Shown in pieces: positions 14,335-25,797 of a stretch of 64,000 bases of DNA. The translations under genes were made by a program, and so were the position numbers. Positions within the stretch are counted from its first letter, which is position 1, and every line of letters starts with the position of its first letter. The notes beneath the pieces were generated by a model. That model saw only the letters and a list, made by a program, of their open reading frames with translations. It did no database searches and was not told where the DNA came from. The DNA comes from Eledone cirrhosa (Eukaryota), in assembly GCA_964016885.1 (NCBI GenBank), contig OZ024740.1, positions 253,146,001-253,210,000 of the forward strand, given 5' to 3'.

Positions 14335-14620
14335 AATGTAGTCTATAGCATATGTACAGAGGGTACTTGCAGAAACATGACAATGGCATACATAGGTGAG
14401 ACAGCTCGAAGAATAGGAAAAAGGATAGACCAACACTGGAGAGAACTAAAAGGACAAAAAACGGTCCAGTACTATATGAACACGCCAGACGTAACGGTAA
14501 TATAGACAACATAGAAATTGAAATAATATCTAAACATAGAAATGACTAGGTAGGTAAATCAGAGAAGCAACTGCGATAGAGCTTAGAAGACCAAAATTAA
14601 ACAGAAAAAATGAATGGAAT
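14335..14620 (+). pseudogene. GIY-YIG endonuclease remnant (PLE C-terminus), not in the ORF track
   Basis: Manual translation from 14335 gives NVVYSICTEGTCRNMTMAYIGETARRIGKRIDQHW. Confidence 0.75.
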
Positions 14621-14954
14621 AACAACAACCATACTCAAACAAACAATACTGACTTAAGAGAAATATAAATAAATATATACACAAGTACAATAACAACAAA
14701 CACATATAAACACACACTAGTAAACAAAGATAGAATACAAAAACAAACACATACACTCAAGCGCGAACACACACACCAAACATTATACACAGATGCAAAC
14801 GCATGCGCAGACCTAGACAAGAATAAGTAAACAAATAAATAAAATAAAAATAACATAGACAGTACAATACAATACAATACAATGGGAGGAAACATAATAG
14901 TACCAATGATGATGTTGCAGATGTGCAACAAAAGAACTTTGTTAGACTATATAT

Positions 14955-16575
14955 CATCATCATCATCATCATCACCATTTAACGCCCATCTTCCACGCTA
15001 GCATGGGTCTGGACGGGAATTGTCCCATTTGAGGCAAGATTGGTTGTCTTGTTCAGGACTGTCTGGCGGGTTTTCTACAGCTGGATGCCTTTCCTAACAC
15101 CAACCACGTTTACAGTGTAGACTGGGAGGTTTTTACCGTGTTACCTATATGGCCACATTACAGCATGGACTGTGTGTTTTTTTGTCGTGACACCTACACG
15201 ACCTCATTTATTTAGGACTGGATGTTGTGGTACTAACATAGCTTTACATCGAAAGGGGTGGTGTAGATGGTGGTGTGGGTAGGGGTAGTGGGACGGGGGT
15301 GTATTTTGGTTAAGAGGTGCCTACTGACTGTAGGTTTCGCTTTGTACTTAGGCAAGGCGGGTCTTCTGCATTACTGCGTAGCGCCAAAGATCTCGGTCCA
15401 GTGACATTGTGTTGGAGAGGTGTAAGTGTGTGAGGTCGGAATTTATCAAGTCGTCCTAGGTTTGTCTGGGTCTGCCTACTCCATAGCTACCATCTATTTT
15501 GATCGCCCGGCACTTTTTTATACAGCTGTCGTCTTTCATGCGCATCACGTGACCATACCAGCGTAGTCTTCTCTCGAGTAAACAGCATCTGATCCCTCTT
15601 ATTCCTAATTTCTCACTTAGTTCATTTATGCTTTGCCGTTCACGTATATTACTATTACACATCCAACGGAGCATGCAAGCTTCGTTCCTCTCAAGTCTGT
15701 GTAGATCCTCTGCACACAAGGCCCAAGTCTCACTGCCATGTAACATCGCTGTTCGTATGCAGGCATCATACAACCTGCCTTTCATTTTTAGAGAGAAACC
15801 CTTAGCGGCTGAACTTTTTCCATCCCGTTCTTTAGAGCACCCTCCACCACTTGCTGATTTTGTCACCCAGGTAACGGAAGGTGTCCACTATTTCTATAGA
15901 ATCATCTGGGCAATGGAATAAGCTAGTATTCTGTGGGCATTTGCTGCTACTTATTGCACCAGAGCACCGGCCACATATTAAATCTATATTCTTAGTTAGC
16001 TTACCTGTGATCCCACTACATCTTTTATGCACCCATACTTTGCATTTGGGACATAAGATGGAGTTTCTGCCTACTCCTTTCCTACACACTGAGCATGGCC
16101 ATTTCCCAGATGGGACCATTGCCCTATTCTCCTTCATACATATTAGAACTTTAGTCTTAGGCAAGTTAATTTTAAGGCCTTTTGATTCTAGGCCATGCTT
16201 CCATGTTTGGAATTCTTCTCTAGTTCAGCCATTGATTCAGCTATGAGCGTTAAATCATCTGCGTATAGAAGTTCCCATGGGCAGCCGGTCTTGAACTCCT
16301 CCGTTATAGCTTGGAGGGCGATAATACATAGGAGGGGGATAAGGATGGAGCCTTGATGAACACCAACTTTTACGCTAAACTCTTCACTATATTCGTTGTT
16401 AATTCTAACCTTGCTGACTGTTTCTTTATACATGGCTTGTATAGCAGCTCTCACAAGCCATTCATCAACACCTAGTTTTCTGAGAGCCCACCAGATAATG
16501 GCGTGTAGGACGCTGTTAAAGGCTTTCTCCAAGTCATCGAAAGCTAAGTATAAGGGTTTACTTTTAGCTAGGTAC
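14955..16575 (-). mobile_element. RTE LINE, 5'-truncated, with 3' UTR
   Basis: GVHQGS..PLL, LLYADDL, Cys-rich finger, FRYLG, RRLRWYGH; (ATG)n tail. Confidence 0.9.
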
Positions 16576-16792
16576 TTCTATATATTTATATCTGTATTTT
16601 TAACCGTAGGTCAATCAATGATAAACATTCATTGCCAAATAAATTAACTATATAAAAGATACAGAAGCGAAAACCAACCAAACAGTGAGTGTGTTCTGTT
16701 ATTATTTCTGGCAATATTATTACAATATGATCCCCCCAAGTATAACAATATTTGTTTCGACACACTATTTCATATTAAAAACCTTGCAAAAC

Positions 16793-16951
<159 letters not shown>

Positions 16952-19552
16952 CTGGCTTGATTTCTACAGCTGGATGCCCTTCCTAACACCAACCTCATTT
17001 ACAGTGAGTGCTGCGTGCTTTTTTCCGTGGTGCCTACACGTCTACTTTACAGTGTGGGCTGGGTGCTTTTTTGCTGTGGCACCTCCACGACCACTTTGCA
17101 GTGGGAGGGTGTGGGGGCATATTGTCTATATGCTTCAGCTTAGGCTTGTACCCGTGGGGGGGGGGGTCTCTTCTGTATTACTGCGTGACGCCAGAGGTCA
17201 CTACCTACACCTTTCCTACATACTGAGCAAGGCCATTTCCCTGAGGGGATCTGGGTTCTGTTTTCTCGTCTACTTACAAGGACCTTAGTCTTTGTCAGGT
17301 TGTCTTTGAGACCCTTTCTTTCTAGTCCCTGCTTCCAAGTTTGGAATTTCTTCTCTATTTCTACCATAGATTCAGCTATAAGTGGGAGGTCATCTGTATA
17401 CAGGAGTTCCCATGGGCATCCGGTCTTAAACTCCTCCGTTATTGCCTTCAGAACTATGATGAACAGGAGAGGGCTAAGAACAGAGCCCTGGTGGACACCG
17501 ACCTGTACGCTAAATTCCTCGCTATAGTCATTGCTAATCCTAACTTTGCTAACTGCTCCCCTATACATGGCTTGTACAGCTCTCACAAGCCATTCATCTA
17601 CTCCTAGTTTTCTAAGAGCCCACCAGATTATAGCACGGGGAACTCTGTCAAAGGCTTTCTCGAGATCGACGAATGCCAGGTACTTTTCCTGTAACTGCCT
17701 CACAAGGAAGAGGGCATCAGTGGTGCCTCTTCCTGGGACAAACCCAAATTGCATCTCATCTAGTTTCACCCGGTCCCTAATCAACTGTGCTATGACTCTT
17801 TCTGTTACTTTCATGACCTGGTCCAGCTTTATACCGCTATAGTTTCCTATACCTAGTGCATCACCTTTACCTTTGTAGCAGTGGACAATGATGCTACTGC
17901 ACCAATCCTTTGGTATGACACCTTCTAGTATTACCTGGTTAACAATACGTGTGGTTATGATGTGACCTACTGACCCAGATGCCTTCAGCATCTCGGCAGC
18001 TATACCCGATGGACCGGTTGCCTTCCCCGTCTTCATATCTTTGATTGCTTTACTTACTATGCTGCTGCTGACTTGCACTGCTAGCTCCTCTATAGGGTCT
18101 ATTTGGTGTAGGGTCTTTTCTTCCCATGCATTCCCTCATTTAGTAATCTATCATAATGGCTCTTCCACGCATCTTTCTTCTCAGCACTTGTGAGGGCAAG
18201 CTCACCTTTATCATTCTGGATACACTTCTCTCCAATGACATCACAATTCTCTCTGACACACTGCCTCACGATCTTGAACACTTCCTGTTTTTGGTCCTCA
18301 CGTTGCAAAACATGCTTGAATTTTCTATCCTCTGTTTCCCTCCTAGCTAAGTATACTTGTCGCTTAGCTTCCCTCCTGGTCTCTATGTAAGGTACCCTGC
18401 TTCCCTGTTCTTCCATTCTTTCGATGCCTGTCTCTTGGCCTTTACTGCCTTATCTACCTTATTGTTCCACCACCAAGTCACTCTCTTCCTGCCTGTGGTC
18501 TTACTCCAGCCACAGATCTCATCCGTCGCCTTTAGTAAGTTATTTTTTAGGAACTCCCAGTGCTCTTCTACATTGAATGTTTCTATCTGTTCTTCTTTAC
18601 TGTCATAGGCGTTGAGTAAAATATCTTTAAATCTGTTACTGGCTGATCTTTCTTCTCCAGGTTGTCTTCTGTTTCCAGGTTCGTCTAGTTCTGACAGGGA
18701 GGTTGCTGACAACTAAGCTATGTTGTGAGGTACATTCCTCACTAGGGAAGGCTTTTGTGACCCGACTGTCCATCTGTCATGTCCTCTGATGAGGATAAAA
18801 TCTATCTGACTAGAATGCTCCCCTGATCTATAGGTGATCAGATGATTGTCGGGTTTTTTGAAGTTTGTGTTACATATCGACATGTCATTGGCGTCGCAGA
18901 ATTCTAGAAGCCTGAAGCTTTCTTCATTTCTTGTGCCAACCCCATGGCCTCCATGGACTCTATAGAAGCCGTCTCGGTGTTTACCTATGTGTCCATTAAA
19001 ATCTCCTGCGATGATTAGGAAGTCATTGTCGTTTGTTAGAGCAGTAGTGTGCATTAGGGACTCGTAAAACTTATCCTTAAGTTCGTTTGGCAACCCCGAT
19101 TGAGGTGCGTAAGCTGATATTATTGTGGTAATTGTTTTATTCAGGACTAGTCTGAGTTTAATGATTCTTGCATTCACCCTGTTCACTGAGATTACCTTAT
19201 CTACCCACTTGTCAGCTAGTAGGATACCTACACCATCCATCCCATCGTCACTTCCCACCCAGAAAAATTTGTAGCGCTGACTTTTTCCTAGAAGGACTCT
19301 AGCAGACTCTCCTCTCCATCTAGTCTCTTGCACACAGCATACATCAACTTCCTTTCGTTCTAGCATCTCTACGACTTCTCCTGCTCTTCCTTTCATTGTG
19401 CTTACATTGATGCTTCCAACTCGGAGTTTTGGGCATTTGTCAACATTTCTGGGAAAGGGTAGATTTTTGCAGGGGTGTGTGTATGCTTCCTGTCTCTGAA
19501 TTGAAGCTTCGCATGGGTGGTTGGTAGCTCGCGGATTCATATTCATTTTCAT
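16952..19552 (-). mobile_element. RTE LINE (APE plus RT) with internal deletion joining the start of the Cys finger to the 3' UTR near 17200
   Basis: VCCVQETRW, SAYAPQ, GDFNGHIG, QIDFIL; QFGFVPGRGT, GVHQGSVLSPLLF, LLYTDDL. Confidence 0.92.
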
Positions 19553-20187
19553 TTATTAATTCGGAGCTGCTCCATTTATTCTCAGCTCATCCATACATAA
19601 CGGTAGGAGAATTCAGAGCTAGAAGGACAGTGGTGGTGGTGGTAATAATGGCAGGGTTTGTTGGGGCTGGGACAGGTGAGGAGAGAGGTAAGTAGTAGTA
19701 GTAATGGCAGAGTTTGTTGGGTTTGGTAAAGGGTGGGGTGGGGGGCATGCTGAGGTTTGATTGGTCGAATAGGCTATAGTAGTGTGTGGGGGTGGGCGGG
19801 AGGGAAATTGTGGGATAGGTAGCCATCATGGCCTATAGCATTTCAGGGCAAAATAAACCGATATGAGTACCTATATTAGACAAGGGGAAATGTTAGGATT
19901 TCGAAGGGAGTAGATGACTTTGTAGAGACAGCGAAATGATAAATGCAACACTAATTATAATAATGTAAGAGAGAGGAAGGGAGTAGATGACCTCGTAGAG
20001 AGACAGCCATTGTGGCCAGCATGGGAAAAAAACGAGGGTAAAAAATAAATATGTGTTGTGGAGGCTAGTGAAATGATAAATACAACAATAATACTAATAA
20101 TAGTGTGAGTCGAACATTGCAATTGGGAAATAGAGGGATACCTGGAAGATATATATGGATGGCTGGAACATGGTTTATATATATATA

Positions 20188-20295
20188 AATAATTGTTTCT
20201 ACTTTAGGCACAAGGCCAGCAATTACCCAGTGCATTACTGGTACTTTATTTTATCGACCCCGTAAGGATGAAAGGCAAAGTCAACCTCGGCGGGA
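20188..20295 (-). mobile_element. SINE, 5'-truncated
   Basis: Reverse complement of the GTTGACTTTGCCTTTCATCC..GATAAAATAAAGTACCAGT..GGCCTTGTGCC family seen at 23487, 54266, 57510, 62755. Confidence 0.85.
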
Positions 20296-20389
20296 TAATG
20301 GTTTACATATATATATATAATTATAAGTGTGGAGAAACAAACAAAATTTACCCAATTTACAAACAAAATCCCCAAGTATAACAATCGTT

Positions 20390-20655
20390 TCGTTTAACGT
20401 CTACCTTCCACGCTAGCATGGCTTTAGAACATGGGTTAGACTTGTCCTGTTGTGGGCAGTGTCCGGTCGGCTAACCTAGTTTTGCTCATACGGGAACTGA
20501 TTCTGGCTTGATTTCTACAGCTAGAAGCCCTTCCTAACACCAACCTCATTTACAGTGAGTGCTGGGTGCTTTTTTTCCGAGGCGCCTACACGTCCACTTT
20601 ACAGTGTGGGCTGGGTGCTTTTTATGCCGTGGCACTTCCACTACCACTTTGCAGT
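20390..20655 (-). mobile_element. RTE 3' UTR fragment
   Basis: Near copy of 16952-17100 and 14978-15130. Confidence 0.75.
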
Positions 20656-20664
20656 GGAATGATA

Positions 20665-20818
20665 GGGACTCGAGTCCTATCATCTCATTTCTACAGCTGA
20701 GTAAACTGGATTAATGTGAAATAAAGTGTCTTGCTCAAGGAAACAACACATCACCCGGTCCGAGAATTGAATTCACAACCTTTCGGTTGCAAGCCCAATG
20801 CTCTAGCCATGCGCCTTC

Positions 20819-20820
<2 letters not shown>
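20665..20820 (-). mobile_element. Second tRNA-derived SINE family, fragment
   Basis: tRNA-like head on the minus strand (GGTTGTGAATTCAATTC B-box-like) followed by CCTTGAGCAAGACACTT. Confidence 0.65.
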
Positions 20821-20882
<62 letters not shown>

Positions 20883-21102
20883 ATTAAGTTAAAAATGTAC
20901 ATCCACATATGTATACTGAAATACTAGTATGCATATGAATACACACACGTATACATATGTAGATGTACCGAGTTTTTCACTGGTCACTTTACTGTGAGTG
21001 TCCAGCTATTCTGTATGTAAACACACAGACAAACCGGTTTTTAGAGTCATACTGGTTTTTGAGGAAACACCTTTCCTCTATTCTCCAGAAAGCCAGACAA
21101 GG

Positions 21103-21147
21103 AATAGTGAACTAGTTTCGATGTTGTTACATCTCATCAGCAATATT
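21103..21147 (-). ncRNA. Type I hammerhead ribozyme (460-bp family), one stem I mismatch
   Basis: Reverse complement: AAUAUUG CUGAUGA GAUGU AACA ACAUC GAAAC UA GUU CACUAUU. Confidence 0.8.
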
Positions 21148-21390
21148 TACCTATCTTCCGGCCTTTCTAGAGAATCGTAAAAGCACATATCGTTATATGC
21201 TTTTTCTATGAAAATTAGTAGTGGGCAGACTAATTTGCATAGAGCGTGAGTACGTACCGGTTCAACGGAGACGATAAAAACAAATAACGAAACGAAATTA
21301 AATTTCGTTTCGTTTGTAACTCACTTTCATAGAAAAAGCATATAACGATATGTGCTTTTACGATTCTCTAGAAAGGCCGGAAGATAGGTA

Positions 21391-21435
21391 AATATTGCTG
21401 ATGAGATGTAACAACATCGAAACTAGTTCAATATT
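21391..21435 (+). ncRNA. Type I hammerhead ribozyme (460-bp family)
   Basis: AAUAUUG CUGAUGA GAUGU AACA ACAUC GAAAC UA GUU^ CAAUAUU: intact core, perfect stems I and II. Confidence 0.9.
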
Positions 21436-21850
21436 CCTTGTCTGGCTTTCTGGAGAATAGAGGAAAGGTGTTTCCTCAAAAACCAGTATGACTCTAAAAA
21501 CCGGTTTGTCTGTGTGTTTACATACAGAATAGCTGGACACTCACAGTAAAGTGACCAGTGAAAAACTCGGTACATATGTATACGTGTGTGTATTCATATG
21601 CATACTAGTATTTCAGTATACATATGTGGATGTACATTTTTAACTTAATTGTTTAAGCGTCAGTCATACAAAAGTGAGTTACAAACGAAACGAAATTTAA
21701 TTTCGTTTCGTTATTTGTTTTTATCGTCTCCGTTGAACCGGTACGTACTCACGCTCTATGCAAATTAGTCTGCCCACTACTAATTTTCATAGAAAAAGCA
21801 TATAACGATATGTGCTTTTACGATTCTCTAGAAAGGCCGGAAGATAGGTA

Positions 21851-21895
21851 AATATTGCTGATGAGATGTAACAACATCGAAACTAGTTTAATATT
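21851..21895 (+). ncRNA. Type I hammerhead ribozyme (460-bp family)
   Basis: As 21391, with a G-U wobble closing stem I. Confidence 0.87.
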
Positions 21896-22183
21896 CCTTG
21901 TCTGGCTTTCTGGAGAATAGAGGAAAGGTGTTTCCTCAAAAACCAGTATGACTCTAAAAACCGGTTTGTCTGTGTGTTTACATACAGAATAGCTGGACAC
22001 TCACAGTAAAGTGACCAGTGAAAAACTCGGTACATCTACATATGTATACGTGTGTGTATTCATATGCATACTAGTATTTCAGTATACATATGTGGATGTA
22101 CATTTTTAACTTAATTGTTTAAGCGTCAGTCATACAAAAGTGAGTTACAAACGAAACGAAATTTAATTTCGTTTCGTTATTTG

Positions 22184-22263
<80 letters not shown>

Positions 22264-22266
<3 letters not shown>

Positions 22267-22835
22267 CCATGTGCAACCATGCAGTATTCTTCTCCCCATG
22301 TTTTTCATATATATTTACCTAAACTGCGATTATCTGTTTCTCTCTTACTGCTCCCCCGTTTACTCTGTTTCTCTTACCTTCTTTCGTCCCCTCTGTCAGT
22401 TAACACTTTCTCTCGACTGACCTCTTCCTCGCACTTCCACTCACTCACTCTCTGTTTCTCCCATTCTCACTTCCTCCCGTTCGCTAGTAGTGGGGTTCCT
22501 TCTTTCTCACACCGCATTCACGGCGTACGGTCTGCTTCTCTGACCGCTCATGAAATTCATCCAGCTTATACTGATCGGATAACTATCATGATTGCTTGCT
22601 GTTTTCCCAACCTTCGGTTTGCTTTTCCTTCTGTTGTTTACTTGTCTCACTCGTTTTACGCGTTTCACTTGTCCCAATAGCTTATTTTAGTTATTGCTCG
22701 CACCAACCTGAGGTATCTGATTTTTAATGCGATGAAATACCAATGATGGTTGGCAAATCACTGATGAGGGACTAATTTTATAATATGTAATCCATGTGCA
22801 ACCATGCAGTATTCTTCTCCCCATGTTTTTCATAT
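22264..22835. mobile_element. Small non-coding element bounded by a ~47-bp direct repeat
   Basis: AATCCATGTGCAACCATGCAGTATTCTTCTCCCCATGTTTTTCATAT at ~22264 and ~22789; lone CTGATGAG at 22771. Confidence 0.5.
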
Positions 22836-22839
22836 ATAT

Positions 22840-23140
22840 ATATAAGTATGTATACGTATGTATATATGTATACAGACGTACAGTAGTATGTATATATACA
22901 TACATGCACACATATATATATGTACGTATGGATTCACCGAACATTTATTATAATGCTCGGTGTGTTTGTAAACAAACATCCCGTATTAAGCCGTAGTGTC
23001 TAGCAACCATCGTTGCTTGTTTGTTAAACACTGACAAAGGAACGCTGTACTAGTTTCAAGCTTATTAGCTATCGTCAGCAACGTATACCTTCCTGCCAGA
23101 TGATTGAACGTCTGAAAGTATATACTTTCCTTATGTATAT
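22840..23140 (-). repeat. Single diverged monomer of the 424-bp family; HHR at 23042-23084
   Basis: Colinear with the array unit; loop II is AAUA instead of AACA. Confidence 0.88.
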
Positions 23141-23169
23141 GGGAAATGAAATTTCGTTTCATTTTTTCG

Positions 23170-23942
23170 TTGCTTTCACCCTTAACGGGATCTTCTGAAA
23201 CTAAAAAATCAATTTGAGGACGCAGAAGTAAATATTTCGAAAAACGTTGCAACCGAAGGAAGACAGGAAGACGATACTTTGGTACGTGGAAACGTTCCAT
23301 GGCAAAGAACGGGAAAAACGAAGATAATACGTCATTATTTGGACCGGTGAAAACAATTACACGCAAAGACAAAACAACGTTTATGGTATAAATGAAGTCG
23401 TAGACTAATATTCTATTAGGTGGTTTGTGGAGACGTTCTCTGGCAATGAACGGAAGAATCGAAGATAATACGTAATTATGTGGAGCCGAGGTTGACTTTG
23501 CCTTTCATCCTTACGGGGTCGATAAAATAAAGTACCAGTAATGCATTGGGTAATTGCTGGCCTTGTGCCTAAAGTAGAAACAATTATGTGGAGCAATAAT
23601 TGTTGAAGCGGTGAAATAATTGTTGCTCCACATATGACGTATTATCTTCGTTTCTTCCGTTCATTGCCAGGGAACGTCTCCACGAACCACCTAATAGAAT
23701 ATTAGTCTACGACTTCATTTATACCATAAACGTTGTTTTGTCTTTGCGAGTAATTGCTTTCACCGCTCCAAATAATGACGTATTATCTTCGTTTCTTTCC
23801 CGTTCTTTGCCAGGGAACGTTTCCACGTACCAAAGTATCGTCTTCCTGTCTTCCTTCGGTTGCAACTTTTTTGGAAATATTTACTTCTGCGTTCACAGAT
23901 TGATTTTTTTAGTTTCAGAAGATTCCGTTAAGGGTGAAAGCA
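23170..23942. repeat. Long inverted repeat (arms about 23170-23486 and 23622-23942) upstream of the PLE ORF
   Basis: Mirror ORFs MSLRVI..NNDVLSSF on both strands; arms are reverse complements with scattered differences. Confidence 0.9.
23487..23581 (+). mobile_element. SINE, 5'-truncated, 13-bp TSD
   Basis: AATTATGTGGAGC at 23474-23486 and 23582-23594. Confidence 0.9.
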
Positions 23943-24063
23943 GCGATTCTTTGCTTAAACTTTAATGTTATTTTAATAAATATTTGATATATATTTATCC
24001 TTATCGAGCTCTCTTTGGATTTTAGTCTTCAAATTTATTATTATTACTATTTGGCTCCCTCGG

Positions 24064-25269
24064 TTGAGCACTCTATTGATCATGCAGAAACAACATCTGA
24101 ATATTTCTACAAAGAACATACCCATACCGAGCAGGAAAACATACCTAAAACTCCTGATACAGAAAACAGATGCGTTCATTAAAAGGTTGCGTTGGCGTGC
24201 CTTTTATTTCGATAATCAGGGAAAAGCGGACAACAAACAGGATAAATTTGGGTTTAAAACCTACAATAACCCACCGAGTAACTCAGCATTGCTACCCTTC
24301 GAAAATGTTGTCTTGGAACTCATACGGAGTATTAAATTTCGGAATAGGAGCAATTCCTTCCAGCAGGACCTGAACAATAGAATTCGTTCTATTAAGGATT
24401 CTAATGCCGTGCACGTCCACTCCGACAAAACTGGCAATCTATATCAAGTGGAGCGCAGTACTTACCATCAACTGCTACATAATGCTGTAACTAAGGATTA
24501 CCGTAAAACTAATCGGAGCGTCATTAATGAGATCAACGATGCTGGGTTTAAAATCACCTCTGATCTCAACATCTTGGACCGGACCAGACCGAACCTCTGG
24601 ACCCTATTTCTCCCCACTTTACCCTGAAGAATCACAAATCCAATTTCCCGAACAACCCCTCTATTCGGCTTATTAACCCTACGAAGTCCGATTTAGGTAG
24701 ACTTAGTAAAAGGATTTTAGATAAAATTATACCTGAAATTAGAAGTTTGGCCCCTCTTGCACTGTGGAACAATTCTTTCGCGGTGATTGATTGGTTCAAC
24801 GGCATATGCAACAAGGAACATTGCCGTTTTATCCAATTCGACATCAATAATTACTACTTCTCCACCACTTAGAGCTATCAATTTCGCTAAAACACTCACA
24901 GTGGTTAAGGATTTCGAAGTTGATGTCATCCTCAATGCCCGTAAGTCGGTGATTAATTTCGACGACTCTATTTGGATTAAAAAATCTAATAGTACCCCAT
25001 TCGACGTGAGTATGGGCGCCAGCGATTCTGCGGAGGTTACTGATCTTATCGGCCTTTTCCGTCTTTATTCTATCAAGTAAGAATTCCCCAACGTGGGCGG
25101 TGGTTTGTACCGTGATAACAAAGTGCGGCCCACGTACTTACGACAGATTCAGAAAAGAACTCACAACCTTCTTTAAAGGCTTCAACCTCTCTATACAGGT
25201 TGAGGCCAACCTCTCGGTTGTTAATTACCTCGACGTTACTCTCAATTTGTCGAATGGCTTGCACTACCC

Positions 25270-25270
<1 letters not shown>
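24064..25270 (+). pseudogene. Penelope-like RT (GLYRD-type), frameshifted, endonuclease part absent
   Basis: STKNIPIP..FIKRLRWRAFYF, SDKTGNLY, IRLINPTKSDLG, VIDWF, FIQFDI, FDVSMGASDSAEV, GLYRD, NYLDVTLNL. Confidence 0.87.
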
Positions 25271-25299
<29 letters not shown>

Positions 25300-25303
<4 letters not shown>

Positions 25304-25703
25304 TTTCGAACGTTCAACTATCTGGCAGATGGGTAAACGGTGCTGATGATAGCTAACAAGCTTGAAACTAGTACATCGTTCCTGTGTCAGTGTTGAACAA
25401 AAAGGTGACGTGGTTGCCTTAACACCGTATAGCATAAATTCAGGCTGTTCGGTTTGTTGACAAACAAACGAACAAAGCGGCGTTGTAATAAATGTTCGCT
25501 AAACTGATGCGTGCATATATGTATGTGTACCTGTATGCATATATGTATATATATGTATATATATGTATATATATATATATGTATATATATGCATGCTACT
25601 GTACGTCTGTATACATATATGTATGTACGTATACATACATACTTACATTTAAGTAAGTGCCATACTAAGAGTGAGAAATGAAATTTCGTTTTCATTTTTT
25701 TCA
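25300..25703 (+). repeat. Diverged monomer of the 424-bp family downstream of the PLE RT; HHR at 25336-25380
   Basis: AACGGUG CUGAUGA UAGCU AACA AGCUU GAAAC UA GUA CAUCGUU; the rest is colinear with the array unit. Confidence 0.88.
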
Positions 25704-25704
25704 A

Positions 25705-25796
<92 letters not shown>

Positions 25797-25797
<1 letters not shown>

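Larger units (their letters stand above)
20880..22185. repeat. 460-bp hammerhead-containing tandem repeat, about 3 units, first unit inverted, flanked by (TA)n
   Basis: Near-identical 60-aa ORFs at 20998(+), 21358(-), 21818(-); period 460; inversion junction near 21325. Confidence 0.92.
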
